Source of the DNA: Vicugna vicugna
Lineage: Eukaryota
Direction of reading: 5' to 3'
Length of the DNA: 64,000 nucleotides
Assembly (NCBI GenBank): GCA_013265495.1
Contig: MU058153.1
Span: forward strand, 1,676,001-1,740,000
A program made the translations under genes and the position numbers. Below the pieces are notes generated by a model. That model ran no database searches. It saw only the letters and a list, made by a program, of their open reading frames with translations, and had not been told where the DNA came from. Positions 11,213 through 23,461 of this stretch are shown in pieces (within the stretch, counting starts at the first letter, position 1; each line of letters starts with the position of its first letter).

Positions 11213-12599
11213 ATGGTATGTTTGAAATATTTGACATAACTAAATAGAAATGATGCTTATTAATAGAAGATTCTTCAAAAGATACTATTGACCTTTTTTT
11301 GTGAACTTAAGAATCATAATTTTAGCTTCATTGTTTAGTTTGTGTCTTTACAGTCTGTTTATCTGTTTAGACTGAACACAAAACCCTTTGAACTCAACAA
11401 AAATATTAATTGGGAGTGATGATCTACAATAAAAATGAAAATTATACACCTACTATTGCATCAGTGGACATAGTACATAAATATGAGTAGTAAACTTTAA
11501 GGACACACTTTAGAAGCTCCATCAATACGAAGTGTCCCCTTGGCCTCCAAACACCAGCTACTTTCAGTTGTTGGAGAAAGTTTTACAGTGTTGATACTTC
11601 CATGACATTCGGGCTTTGCATCTCTCTCAGCTGTCTGCTGCAATGTTGTGACATAGAGGTCTCTCAAACTTCTTTTGGCAAGAGGAGGCCTTAGGGTCTG
11701 AGTCATCGTCATAGGAACATGGTGCAGACCTGGTATCACACTGTGCGGGTCTTAACGGAAGGACACAGGCAGGCACAGAGCAGAGAGAGCTTGCCATGTG
11801 TGCTCCAGAGAGTCTCTGTCAATACCCCGAGCCAGTCTGCTTAGGGACATGCTCCAGATTATCTTTGACAGATGCCAGCTCATCTATTTACCCCAAAATG
11901 AAAGCCTGCCAAGACCCACTGTGTCCAGATTGTCTGAAGTTTTATTCCCCTCCTTTCTCTACTTTCTCTTAACAGCTTTTTCCTTCATTTTGTGAAAACA
12001 GTCCAAGGCGTTCTCCCACATCTCTGTACAAACTCTGTGCAGTAACCCAATAATATCTCTGACTAATACATCCAAGTTATCTTTTAGTGACTAAATAATT
12101 CTGAGTTATTCTTTGACAGGTCCAAGCTGAGACATATTTCCATTTCTTCCCTGACACTGTTTAGAAACATTGCTATGAGTCCTCTACACTGTTGGACTCC
12201 ATATTCAAGATTCTGGCTTAAAATAATTGTCCACCTTCTTTTATAAGAGCTGTCACATCTTATACAGCTGTATCTCAGTCACTTAGTGATGTTCCCTCCT
12301 CCTACTCTACCAAATGCAAGCAAAATTGCACACTCATCCTGCTCTGAGCAGGTCATATTCAAGTCTGACTCATACCCCATGCCTCTCACTCCTCTGCCGC
12401 AATGACTGCTGTCCTGCTCGCTGGAACTCTTTTAAATGTTCCTTTCCCTCCATGTGTTCTTTATCTCTATTGCGTGATTGAAACCTGGCTGTCCACCAAA
12501 CACACCTTCTCCCCTGCAGCCCTCTCAGGTCGGAACAGGTCTTCTCCCCCTCCCTGAAACCTACAAAGTATGGTAAGTATCTCTCTCCCTCCCTCTGCC

Positions 12600-13850
12600 A
12601 ACGTCTCATGGAAGCTTCCCAATCCTTTCTTTCTCTTCCTTCTTAAAACAACACCAATAACAACAAAAACACAGTTCCTTTGGATTCCATGCCGTCTTGT
12701 GCCACTTCATCTGGAAGCTAGTATCTCCCGAACTCCCAGTCACTCCCACTTACTAGCTGAAGAATTTAGCTTTTGCTAACAGAACTCCAGATGGCATTCT
12801 GGCATTTTCTTCATTGAAGTTAATGCATTTAATATGTTTTATGTATTCCTAATCCATCTACTACCTTGGGTTCTTAATATCTCAGATTTCTATCTCCTTA
12901 TGATCTTTCTGCTGTGTTACCTTAACCGCCCACTCCCTACTTACTCCCACATGGGAGCCGGACACAGAACGCTCATCTTTCAAAAGCTTAGAGAGAGGCC
13001 ACCACTTCCTGTTCTCCCAGGTTGCTTTTTCTAGTATCCAAAGTGTCCAAACCCATATTTCTTTGACTTTTATGATGCCTTCAAACAATTATAGGCACCT
13101 CCATTTTTTTTTTTTTTGGCTGTTAGCTTTTGTTTTGTTTACATTAATGGCATGGTTCCTTTCTCTCATCTTCTCTCCCTCCTTAATCCATTTTGGGTTC
13201 TGTGCTTTATTCTGTTGTCATCCTTGGGGAACTCCTAGGCTCCTGTACACTTTACATAAAATCTATTAGGATGTGCTTTTAATTTTATTTTCAAAATATG
13301 TCCAAACTATGACTCCTTCTCACCACCTCGACTGCTACAGATCTTTTCCAAGACTGCATCATCTTAAAATTGGTTATTTTAATGCCTACCCCCCAAGCAG
13401 TAATTACACTTCTACTCTTGTGTTCCTCCCCTCGGCCCAAGCATTCTCAACACAGCCAGCAATGTGCGTGTGTGTGTGTGTATTTCGAAAAACCATCCTA
13501 ATGATTTCTTTCTCGCTTGCAATGAAACCCAGTCTTACCTATGTCTTAAAGCTTTACATGTTCTGACCTATGGCTTCCTCTTAGCCATCTCTTACTACCT
13601 CCTTCTCCTTGTACTCCAGTCACACTGGTTTTCTCTGCATTCCTCAGTTTTTCTAGATGTACTTGTTCCTTCGGGCTTTTGCACTTACTGCTCCCTCCAC
13701 CAAGAATTCTCCTCTTCCAGCTGGCCTCAACATTCATTTGCTTGCTTTTTTCAGACTTTGGCTAAAATATTCCTAGCACGATGAAACCTACTTCTAGCAC
13801 TCTATTAAATTGGCACTTCCATCCCAAAGGCACAATTCTCTTTACCCTGC
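12600..13850 (+). mobile_element. L2 fragments, interrupted downstream by an MLT1A LTR
   Basis: 'ttcaaaatatgtccaaactatgactccttctcaccacctc...cattctcaacacagccagc...gggcttttgcacttactgctccctc'. Confidence 0.65.
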
Positions 13851-14255
13851 TGTACTAATCTGCTTGGGCTGTCATATCAAAATAGCACAGATTAGGTGAC
13901 TTAAACAACAGAAATTTATTTTCTCGCAGTTCAGAGGCCAGAAGATCCAAGATCAAGGCTCTGGCTGACTCAGCTTCTGGTGAGGACGCTCTTCAAAGCT
14001 CAGATGACCACCGGCTCGGTGGGTCCTCACGTGACTTTTCCTTGGTGCTCACTGAGAGAGAAAGATGGACTGTCTGACATCCCTTCTGATTGGGACCGTG
14101 ATCCAATTAGATCAAACTCCCAGTTATGACCTCTTTTAACCTTACTTACTTCTTTAGAGGCCCCATCTCCAAATACAGACATACTCTGTGCGGTGGGAGG
14201 GACGAAGGCTTTGACATATCAATTTTGGGGGAAGCGGAAACGTTCATCCATTACA
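13851..14255 (-). mobile_element. MLT1A-type solo LTR (ERVL-MaLR)
   Basis: TG...CA termini; 'acttaaacaacagaaatttattttctcgcagttc...tccaagatcaagg...ccccatctccaaatacag'. 5-bp TSD cctgc (13846-13850) / cctcc (14256-14260). Confidence 0.9.
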
Positions 14256-14470
14256 CCTCCTTTATCTTTTATCCCCCTCCACAGTACTGATCAGGCATGG
14301 CCCCGTTTCATGTTTGTTCTTTCCCTCCATCCCTCTCGTGTCTCTTGGCATTAGAATATCATTTCTGTAGCCTGAGATTTTTGTTATTGTTGTTTAATGA
14401 CATCTCTCCTGAACCTAGAGGAATGCTTGGTCTAAAGAGAACACTCAAGTATTTGCTTGATAAATGAAGA
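14256..14470 (+). mobile_element. L2 3' end (continuation of the element split by the LTR)
   Basis: 'cattagaatatc...tctcctgaacctagaggaatgcttgg...actcaagtatttgcttgataaatgaa'. Confidence 0.7.
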
Positions 14471-15299
14471 ATTGCTTCATTTAAATACCCTTAATACTGT
14501 TACCAATCTGATATGCTGCCTGTGGGAAAAAAATCACTTCATTGAAGATATTTTGAAAAATAGACTTCATTAAAAGAGATCAGAATAAACCAATAGAAGA
14601 TAGCCTTTGGCTAATTTTCTTCTACTCAGATATTTCCTTCTAAAAGACTCATGGTTATCTCTGTCTTGTTTGTACATCCCTCACTGTTGCTAGGAAAACT
14701 TACCAAAGAAAGAAAAAATTCAAGTAGGTTTTATTTAAAATTTGAAACTCAGAATTGCTATAAATTTGTATGCTTTGAATTCTAAAAGTCTTTTTCAGCA
14801 GATTCTTATACTTTTCAAAAGAAATGTTATTTATTATAAGGAAGGAAAATGCCCAGTACTATTTTATCAGAGCAACGTAGGCATGATAACTTACGGAAAC
14901 GAGTATCTTACTTGTCACTAACATACGTTTCATTTATTATAATAAAGATTGTACAAATTGATTTTTCTGTTCAATGTTTGAACAGGTTTTTAAAAAATTA
15001 TACTTAAAATTAAACTGCTCTAATCAGTCTTATTGTATTCTACTAAGACTCTTTTATTGTTTCTCTGAAATCTGTATTTTCAAAGAAAAATATTTTGTCA
15101 TTTAAGGATCAGAGTTAATGTTGTTTTTATCTATTTTGTAACTCGCATGAATAAAATAAAGTGGTATAAAATAATTTCTAAGATCAAAATATAGTTATGT
15201 GACTATTCCTTGACAGTTTATGCTCAGAAAAGTGGGACATGGAGATTTGGTGAGGACAGTGTATAGTAAATATCCAGTTAATTACTATAAAGTGACATT

Positions 15300-15385
15300 G
15301 GATGGTGGGGAATGTAAGAGAACTTTGGAGCCAGACCAGCATTTACATCCAGGCTTTCACATAACATAGGGTTAGGTGTTGCTTT
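15300..15385 (+). mobile_element. MIR 5' half
   Basis: 'taagagaactttggagccagacc...atccaggcttt'. Continues at ~17725. Confidence 0.5.
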
Positions 15386-15469
15386 ACATTTAAAGTAGGT
15401 TTTATAGATTACATAGAGTGAAGTTTTGTTTCTTATAGGTAATAGAATTAGGGATTGTTAGATATTAGA

Positions 15470-17718
15470 AATCTCTATTAATTGGTGCATTTATTCCATT
15501 GGCATTCAAAGTGATATTGAATTATAACTATGGTTAGATTAATATCCACCATATTTATTACTGTTTGTTTTCTATTTGTTGCCCTTGTTCTTTGTTCTTA
15601 ATTTTTCGTCTTCCACCCTTTTTCCAACTTTTGTGATTTTAATTGAGCATTTTATATGATTTCATTTTCTCTCTTTCTTAGCATATCAATGATACTTTTT
15701 TGAAAACTATTTAGCGGTTGCCCTAGAGTTTGTAATGTGTATTTACAACTAGTCCACGTCCACTTTCAAATAACACTATACTGCCGCCCTAGTAATGTGA
15801 GTGACTCATAATGACAGTGCAATCCTAATTCTTCCCTCCTATCTTTGCTGTCATCCATTTTTATATATAAGCATATGTAAATATGCATGCATATATAATT
15901 AAGTACATTGTTGCTGTCATTCTGAATAAATTATCTGTTAGATCATCTAAGAATAAGAAACATCAAAGTTTTTATTTAATCTTCAAATATTTCTTCTTCA
16001 ATACTCTTCCTTTCTTTAAGTAAATCCAAGTTTCTGACCTATATATTTTCCCTCTCTCTAAAAAACTTCCACTATTTTTTGCATGATACGTCTACTGGCA
16101 ATAAAGTCACTCAATTTTTGTTTGCATGAAAAAGTCTTTATCTCTTCTGCTCTCTTGAGGGATAATTTACGGCGTACAGAATTCTAAGTTAGTGGACTTT
16201 TTTTTTTTTTCTTTCAATGCTTGATTTCACTCCATTCTCTTCTTGCTTGATTAGCTTCCAAGAAGAAATCATAAATAACTCCTATTATTCTGTAAGGTAT
16301 TTATGTAAGGTATTTTTCTCCTCTTTTTTCTCAGAGTATTTTCCTTTGTCTTTGATTTTATGTAATTGAAAAAATGATATGTGTGGGCATATTTTTTTTG
16401 GCGTTTATCCTGCCCGGTGTTCTCTGAGATTCCTGAATATGTGGTTTAGTGTCTTACATTAATTTCAGAAATTCTCTGTCATTATTATTTCAAATATTCA
16501 TTTTGTTCCTTTCTCTTTTTCTATTCTTTCTAGTTTTCCCATTATGCATATGTTCCATCCTCTGTGTTTGCCTTGCAATCCTTGAATTTTTTTTTCCATT
16601 CTTTGTTCTCTTTGCTTTTCAGTTTGGGAGGTTTCTATTGAGATATTCTAAAGCTTACAGATTTTTTTTCTCAGCTACTAATAAAACTGATCAAAGGCAT
16701 TCTTTATTTCTGTTACAGTGTTTTTGACATCTAGCATATTATTTTGATTCTTTCTTAGGATTTTCATCTCTCTGCTTATACTGCTCATATGTCCTTGCAT
16801 GCTGTCTATTTTATCTGTTAGAAATCTTAGCACAATAATCATAGTTGTTTTAAACGCCTAGTGTGGTAATTCCAACACCTTTGCCTTGTCTGGTCAGACA
16901 TTTGCTCTTCTTCGAACTATGCTTTTTGCTTTTTTGGTATGCCTTGCAATATCTTCTTGATAGCAAGACATGCACCAGGTAAAAGGAACTGTTGTAAATA
17001 GGACTTTAGTAACACAGCCGTAGGGGAGGGAAAGCTTCCTACAGTCCTGTGATTAAGTCTTAGTCTTCTTAGTGAATCTGTGTCTCTGAACTATAAAATT
17101 CACAGGTGCTCCTCATTTTTTTTTTTCCTTCTTTCACACGTAGGACAGGATTGCCAGAGTGGGCTGGAACTGGGTATTTCCCTTCTCCCAGGTTAGTTAG
17201 GCCCTGAAAATAGTCCAGAAGATTAGGCTCTGGGTAACTAGTTTCCCCTGAGTAAAGGCCTTGTTAAGACCACCAGAATGTTCTGGTGTATTCCAGAATT
17301 GTTCTTTTTCACTTCCCCCCCTGCTGAAAGCATGAGATTTTACTATGAGTACCTGGTGGAGCTCCTGGAAGCAAAATTCACAATAGTTTGGGGTCCTCCA
17401 TATGACTGGCTGCCCTTGGAGGTTTTAACTCTCAGAGTTGTCCACACTGAGCCTTCAGCAATTCATCAATTGTGGTTCAGATTTTCCTACCCTATCACTA
17501 GCTCCCACAACACCTTTCTCTCCTGAGCCTCTGCTCAGACAAGCCACTACTCCCTGTATTTGACTGCCTGTCTCTCCAATCTTGGGGTTAGTAGGTTTTC
17601 CTGTCTTCACCTGTCTTACAAATACAAGAAGAGTTGTTGATTTTTAGCTTTTACTTGTTTTTAAGACAAAGCAGTGACTTCCAAATTTCTTACATTCAGA
17701 ACTGGAAACTGAAAGTCT
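15470..17718 (-). mobile_element. Ancient L1M (L1MC/MD-like) 5' end and ORF1 region
   Basis: T-rich antisense L1 text ('tttatcctgcccggtgttctctgagattcctg', 'agaagagttgttgatttttagc...gtgacttccaaatttcttacat...actggaaactgaaagtc' = L1M 5' terminus). Confidence 0.8.
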
Positions 17719-17724
17719 GTTCTT

Positions 17725-17920
17725 AATTTACTCTAATTTTTCTCATCTGTGAAATAGACCTATTAATTACCTACCTCACAAGGTTTTTTTGATTAAAAAA
17801 CTGTTTGATGTTTATTGATAACAATATATTCCCAATTCTTCTAAAAACTTGGGATAAGGAAATAAAGATTCAGTGTGAAATGCTTGGATAGTAAAATTGT
17901 TTTATAAATGTGAGATATTA
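17725..17920 (+). mobile_element. MIR 3' half
   Basis: 'ttttctcatctgtgaaatag...acctacctcacaaggttttt...gattaaa'. Confidence 0.65.
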
Positions 17921-19179
17921 CATCATATCAGTTTTTAAACCCAACAATAGATGTGGTAGCCATTATATTACATTGCATTTTATATTTATATCCTATTATT
18001 ATAATGTAAATTATTATATTTATATTATAATTTATTATGCCTCTCATTATCATATATTTTCATAAAACTTACATTTGGTCCTATGCCATTTTCAATATAA
18101 TTTCATTTTTATTATTTATGTAGTACTTGGCCATTTTAAAAGTAAGTAAATTAATGATCCCTAGTTAATTTCTTAAATGAAAATTTGCAATGTACAATAT
18201 AAAGAACAAAAAAATCTTCTGAGTGATAGATACGAAAAAAATACACAAGGTATAGGTGATTATTTTTTAAGATCTTCAAGATGATGGATGTGAAAGACCA
18301 GCTTCATTTAGAGGGAAAAAAGAATACTTTATAAATATTATAGGTGATGTGCTAGAGAAACCTATAGTTTTATTTTGTTTGGCCTCCAAATACATATTCA
18401 GAGCATAAATTAATGTTCAGGCAAAAATACTTGTTTCTGTTGTTTTTTCATTATTAAACAAGCACAAATATTAGAGAAAAGTCTATCACAGCATCACATT
18501 AGTTTTCCATTTTTTGAGCCCTTAACTTAGGTCACACTGAAGAAAATGAATTAAGATTGTAAGCTCATTTGGGTGGATAGGGCCTTGTCTAGCAAAATCC
18601 AATCAATGTGCCCTGCCTCACAGGATAGACTTCATTATTCATTACCTACTGCTGAGAGATGGCTGTCTGTGGCCCTCAGATGGGGGAGGAATCTCAGTTC
18701 ATTCCCCAGGGGTCACATGTTCCCAGGTGAAACTACTGCCCAAATGGGCATCATTCCATTTTAGTGCAGAAGAAATTGTGTCAGTGAAGACAGAAATCTA
18801 TGGGTCAGAGCTTATTTGCCTTGTTAATCGGCCCAAAGGAAATGCATGCTTGGAAAATCATAGGTTGCAGCTATAATTCTCCCTACTTAAAAAATGTAAG
18901 CCAGAAATTAAATTACTTTCAGTAAATCAAACAATTTTTTTAAGAATGCTTTTTCTGAGATAATTTAGTCATTGACAAATACACAAGAGAGTATTAGGAA
19001 GAAGATACTTTCAAAAATTAAAATTTGTGTGTGAGCATATAATATTATTAATTTTAATGGAAGGATCTTTCTCTGAAATAATCCTAAAGATTATAATCCT
19101 GTTAAATTAAGTTTACAAATGTAAGATACCAGAAAATATCTGGAATGACTCCATGTTGCTAATCTTAGCAAAGGCATAA

Positions 19180-19386
19180 GAATGACAGTACAGTTTCCAG
19201 TGCTTTTTTACATTGATTATTTCATTTTTATCCTCAGGACATCCTTTGAATTATTTACTTTAATCCTCGATTTTTCAGATGAGAGATATTATAGACTTTT
19301 CTTAAGATCACACTGTTCATATGTGTTGGAGCTGGGACTCAAACCCACATCTTTGGACTCTTAAGCACTGGTCTTGTTTCACTAAA
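19180..19386 (-). mobile_element. MIR SINE
   Basis: 'tttcattttatcctcaggacatcc...ttttcagatgag...taagatcacac...ggagctgggactcaaaccca'. Confidence 0.8.
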
Positions 19387-19659
19387 TTTCAGAAATAAAA
19401 TTCTTTTTTTTCATGTAAATAAATGTATTTATAGTTTAATTTTAATCCCATGATTTAAACCCAACACTTGATCATGCATATTATATGTTATATGAGTCAA
19501 ATAATGTAAGAAATTTTGTAACATATTTCTGAATGTTACTGCCATTAACTTAAAAAATACAAAGAACTTAGTCAAACCTGCTTTCCTCTCCTTAGCTCTG
19601 TGGCTCTCCTGTTGCCCTGCACCACAACATTGAGACATTATCTGGGTTTTATCCCTTAC

Positions 19660-19726
19660 CCTTGCAATAAACTACAATATTCAAGAGTGCCTTGGTGCCA
19701 CCCAGACATTTGATAATTAAAGTGAG
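19660..19726 (-). other. Candidate 67-nt internal exon, gene unknown
   Basis: Minus strand: long pyrimidine tract 'gtgtttctttgtgtccttgttgatcacctttctatcctag|CTC' and donor 'AGG|gtaagg'. Unique sequence. Confidence 0.3.
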
Positions 19727-21620
19727 CTAGGATAGAAAGGTGATCAACAAGGACACAAAGAAACACACATTTTTTTTCTTTCATTGAGTGATATTTTACT
19801 TTCCCTTGAGAGAATGAATGGCTGTCATACTTTACTATCATTTCCACAACTCACTTCAAGGGAATTTACACTGAAGAAGAAAACAGTGTGGAAATTCATG
19901 AAGACCCAGGAAGATTATCTTCTGGTAAAAGAAATGCTCATGTGCTTTTCACATTGGGGAGAAATCATAAAAGGCTGTCAAGAAGGGAAATTGGGGGAGC
20001 TACAGATAGCCTTCCCATCTTAATTCTTGCTTTTCTAACTTTACTTGTGTTACCTGTTTGGGACTTTCCTGTTGTCTTAGGGAGAAAAATATCATTTGAT
20101 TCCTCCAGTTAACACAAAATTATTAGTGATCTAATTATCTCTCTATGATTCTGAACATTTCTGAAGATAACATAAAGCTATATAAAATGTATACAAAGAA
20201 AGAAACCAAACAAATGAAATAAAATCTATGCAGTTGTATGTGGTGCTGGCTGCGGGGGGGAGGAATCTCAGTATAAATAGAACAGAATATTCACAGTAAT
20301 CATTATATTTGAGAATTTGGCAATTGCAACATTAAAAAATAAACGTGTTTTTCTCCATTGTTTAAGTTTGTTCTCTGCAGGTGTTAATACATTTACAAAA
20401 GAAAACTAATAATTCCACTCTAAAAAGCCAAATAGAAAGGGAATAACTTAGTTTTCCTCTTATGCCTAAGACATCATAGACAGGGTGCCCTGAAGAGAAA
20501 AATAAAAAAAATTATTTATTTCTATTTGTCCCTCTGTATTTACAACATCTAGAAGTTAAAAAGCAAAAGTGGGCAGATTGGTTTTTAACTTGAGGTATGC
20601 CTACTTGAAATTTGACAAGGGCCACCTACTTTTAAACATTTCTTCTTTCCTAGCACAGAACAAAGGATTTTTTTAAATGATAATTACTTCCTACATAGAA
20701 CATAAAGCTGATGTATTTTCTTTCTAAAGTGAATAATGGTATTCAGCTTTTGAGGGGCTTGCCCCCACTAACCAAAGGACGTTTTAAAATTACAGAATAA
20801 TTATACAGATAAGGATGAATGACAGTAGTCATTTAGAAAATGTGTTCAAATAGAATGAAATCAATAGTACTGAATTTCCTGTGAACGCAGTTTTAAATGG
20901 TGCTCTCTGTCCTTTCTAGGGTTAGGTTATGGATTACAAAAATTGCTCCCAAACCTCCGTTCTGAATAATTACACTCTTACTCTGCTTGTCTTTTTCCCC
21001 CAGTGCCTTGAAAATTACAACATCCTGATCAATAAGGATATAAAATGAGAGGAACAGAAACAGTGATTTCTGCCTTTCCCAGGCATTTCACATTTTTGTA
21101 AACACAAATGTTTGCCTGCAATTACTTTCCTCTGAGAATTGTGTTTTCCAAAGCCTTTTTAAATGAGAAATACCGGCTAAGTTTTCATTTTGTTTTGTTC
21201 ATTTTTCTTACCACATCCCATTGGATTGCCAGCTATACATGCCAGTATTCAGCCCTCAGATGTCTGTGTGCTAATTTTATTTGCTTACATCATGCCCAAA
21301 AATATAATGGTGAGAAATATGAAGACAAGTTTCGGCTGTAGTTAGAAAATGCCACAAAAACCCATTTTAGTTTTTCTGATCATTAATTATCATTGCCACT
21401 TAAAATCAAGACAAACACTTTAAAATCAGTAAGGATTCAAACTATTGATTCAAATTGGTTGAGCTTAGTTTTATTTTCTTATTGCTAATGTTCCAGGCTG
21501 ATCTTAATTGGATTAGGTATTAGAAAGCCAAGGATACATTGAACCATACTCTCCTTTAGATAATGGTAAGAGTCAGATAGTTTTAGTGATTCCCCAAAAT
21601 AATGTAAAACCAACTAAGCC

Positions 21621-22980
21621 TTTTTTTTATTATTTAATTTTTTGGTTGAAGTATAGTGGATTTTTATAGTTGTATCAGTTTCAGATGTACAACAAAGTGT
21701 TTCAGTTTTATACACACAAACACACAAGTATATACATTATCTATATAAATCAATTCTTTTTCAGATCCTTTTACATTATAGAATATTACAAGATATTGAA
21801 TATTGTTTCCTGTGCTGTACAATAGGCCCTTGTTGGTTATCTATTTAATATATAATAGTATGCATAGGTTATTTCCAAACTCCTAACTTATCCAACCACC
21901 CACCTTTCCTCTTTGATAAATGTAAGTTTGATTTCTATGTCTGTGAGTCTATCTCTGTTTTGTAAATAAGTTAATTTGTATCATTTTTTAGATCCCACAT
22001 ATATGCAATATCATATGATATTTGTCTTTATCAGACTTATTTCACTTACTGTGATAATCTCTAGGTCCATCATGTTGCTGCAAATGGCATTATTTCATTC
22101 TTTTTTGTGGCTGAGTAATATTCCATTATGTGTTTATATATATCTATAAAATATACCACATACTCTTTATCCATGGATATTTAGATTGCTTCCACATTTT
22201 GGTTACTGTAAATAGTGATGCTATGAACATTGAGGTGCATTTATCTTTTCAAATTAGAGTTCCTCCAGATATATACCCAGGCATGGGGTAATTCTATTTT
22301 CAGTTTTTTAAGGAACCTCCATACTGTTATCCATAATGGGTGTATCAAATTACATTCCTACCAACAATGTAGGAGGGTTTCCTCTTCTCTACACCCTCTC
22401 TAGCATTTATTATTTGTAGACTTTTTGATTAGGGCCATTATGACTAATGTGAGGTGATACCTCATGGTAGTTTTGATTTGCATTTCTCTAATAATAAGCA
22501 ATGTTGAGCATTTTTTTTATGTGCCTGCTGGTCATCTGGATGTCTTCTTCGGAGAAATGTATAGTTAGGTCTTCTGCCCATTTTTTGATTGTGTTGTTTG
22601 TATTTTTGTTATTGAGCTGTATGAGCTTTGTATCTTTTGGAAATTAATCCCTTGTTGGTCACATCTTTTGCAAATGTGTTCTTCCATTTTGTAGGGTGTC
22701 TTTTGATTTTGTTTATGGTTTCCTTTGCTGTGCAAAAGCTTTTAAGTTTAATTAGGTCCCATTTGTTTATTTTTGTTTTCATTTCCATTACTGTAGGAGA
22801 CAGATCCAAAAAATATTGCTGCAATTTGTGTCCAAGAGTGTTCTGCCTATGTTTTCCTCTAGGAGTTTTAGAGTATCCAGTCTTACATTTAGGTCTTTAA
22901 TCCATTTTAGCTTTTCTTCTTTTCCAGTGGTGTTAGAGAATATTCTAATTTCTTCTTTTTACAGGTAACTGTCAAGTTTT
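21621..22980 (-). mobile_element. LINE-1 3' portion (ORF2 C-terminal part, 3' UTR, poly-A)
   Basis: ORF 22609-22824 [27 protein letters not shown] is L1 ORF2p. T-rich tail at ~21621-21645. Confidence 0.95.
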
Positions 22981-23189
22981 AAGCCACTACTTTTTGATGA
23001 TAGGTAGAGGTATATCAAAACAGGTAAGTGTGGAAATTTAGCTTCTCTTTGAGGTTTTCTAAATTGTTTGAAAAAAAAAAAACTAAGAAGAATTAACTGA
23101 GGCCAGAATAGATCCTTTAAAAGACAACCTCTTCCCCCACCCAAAAAAATCACACACCAAACCATCTACCAGATCTTTATTATACATGT

Positions 23190-23422
23190 AGATTCTAGAA
23201 CTAGGCGCATATGGGATTGAATCTTATCCCACTGCTTGCTGTCTGTGTCATTTTGGCTGATGTTTAAACCTTTCCAAGATTCGATCTCATTCTTTGCACA
23301 CTATGGTAACATTAATGCATATAATGATGTTGCTAAGAGAATTAGATCATTTGTTTTCTTGTAAAATGGTTGGTAGAGTGTATGGCACATAGAAAGTATT
23401 CAGTAAATACTATTAATTTTAT
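23190..23422 (+). mobile_element. MIR SINE
   Basis: 'ctgtgtcattttggctga...tttaaacc...tggcacatagaaagtattcagtaaatactatt'. Confidence 0.65.
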
Positions 23423-23427
23423 AAAGT

Positions 23428-23461
23428 CATCATCATCATCACCATCATTACCATTATCATT
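23428..23461. repeat. (CAT)n/(CAC) simple repeat
   Basis: Directly visible. Confidence 0.9.

Noticed and set aside
22609..22900. Protein-like ORFs on both strands
   Set aside because: L1 ORF2 remnant and its antisense frame, not a host gene.
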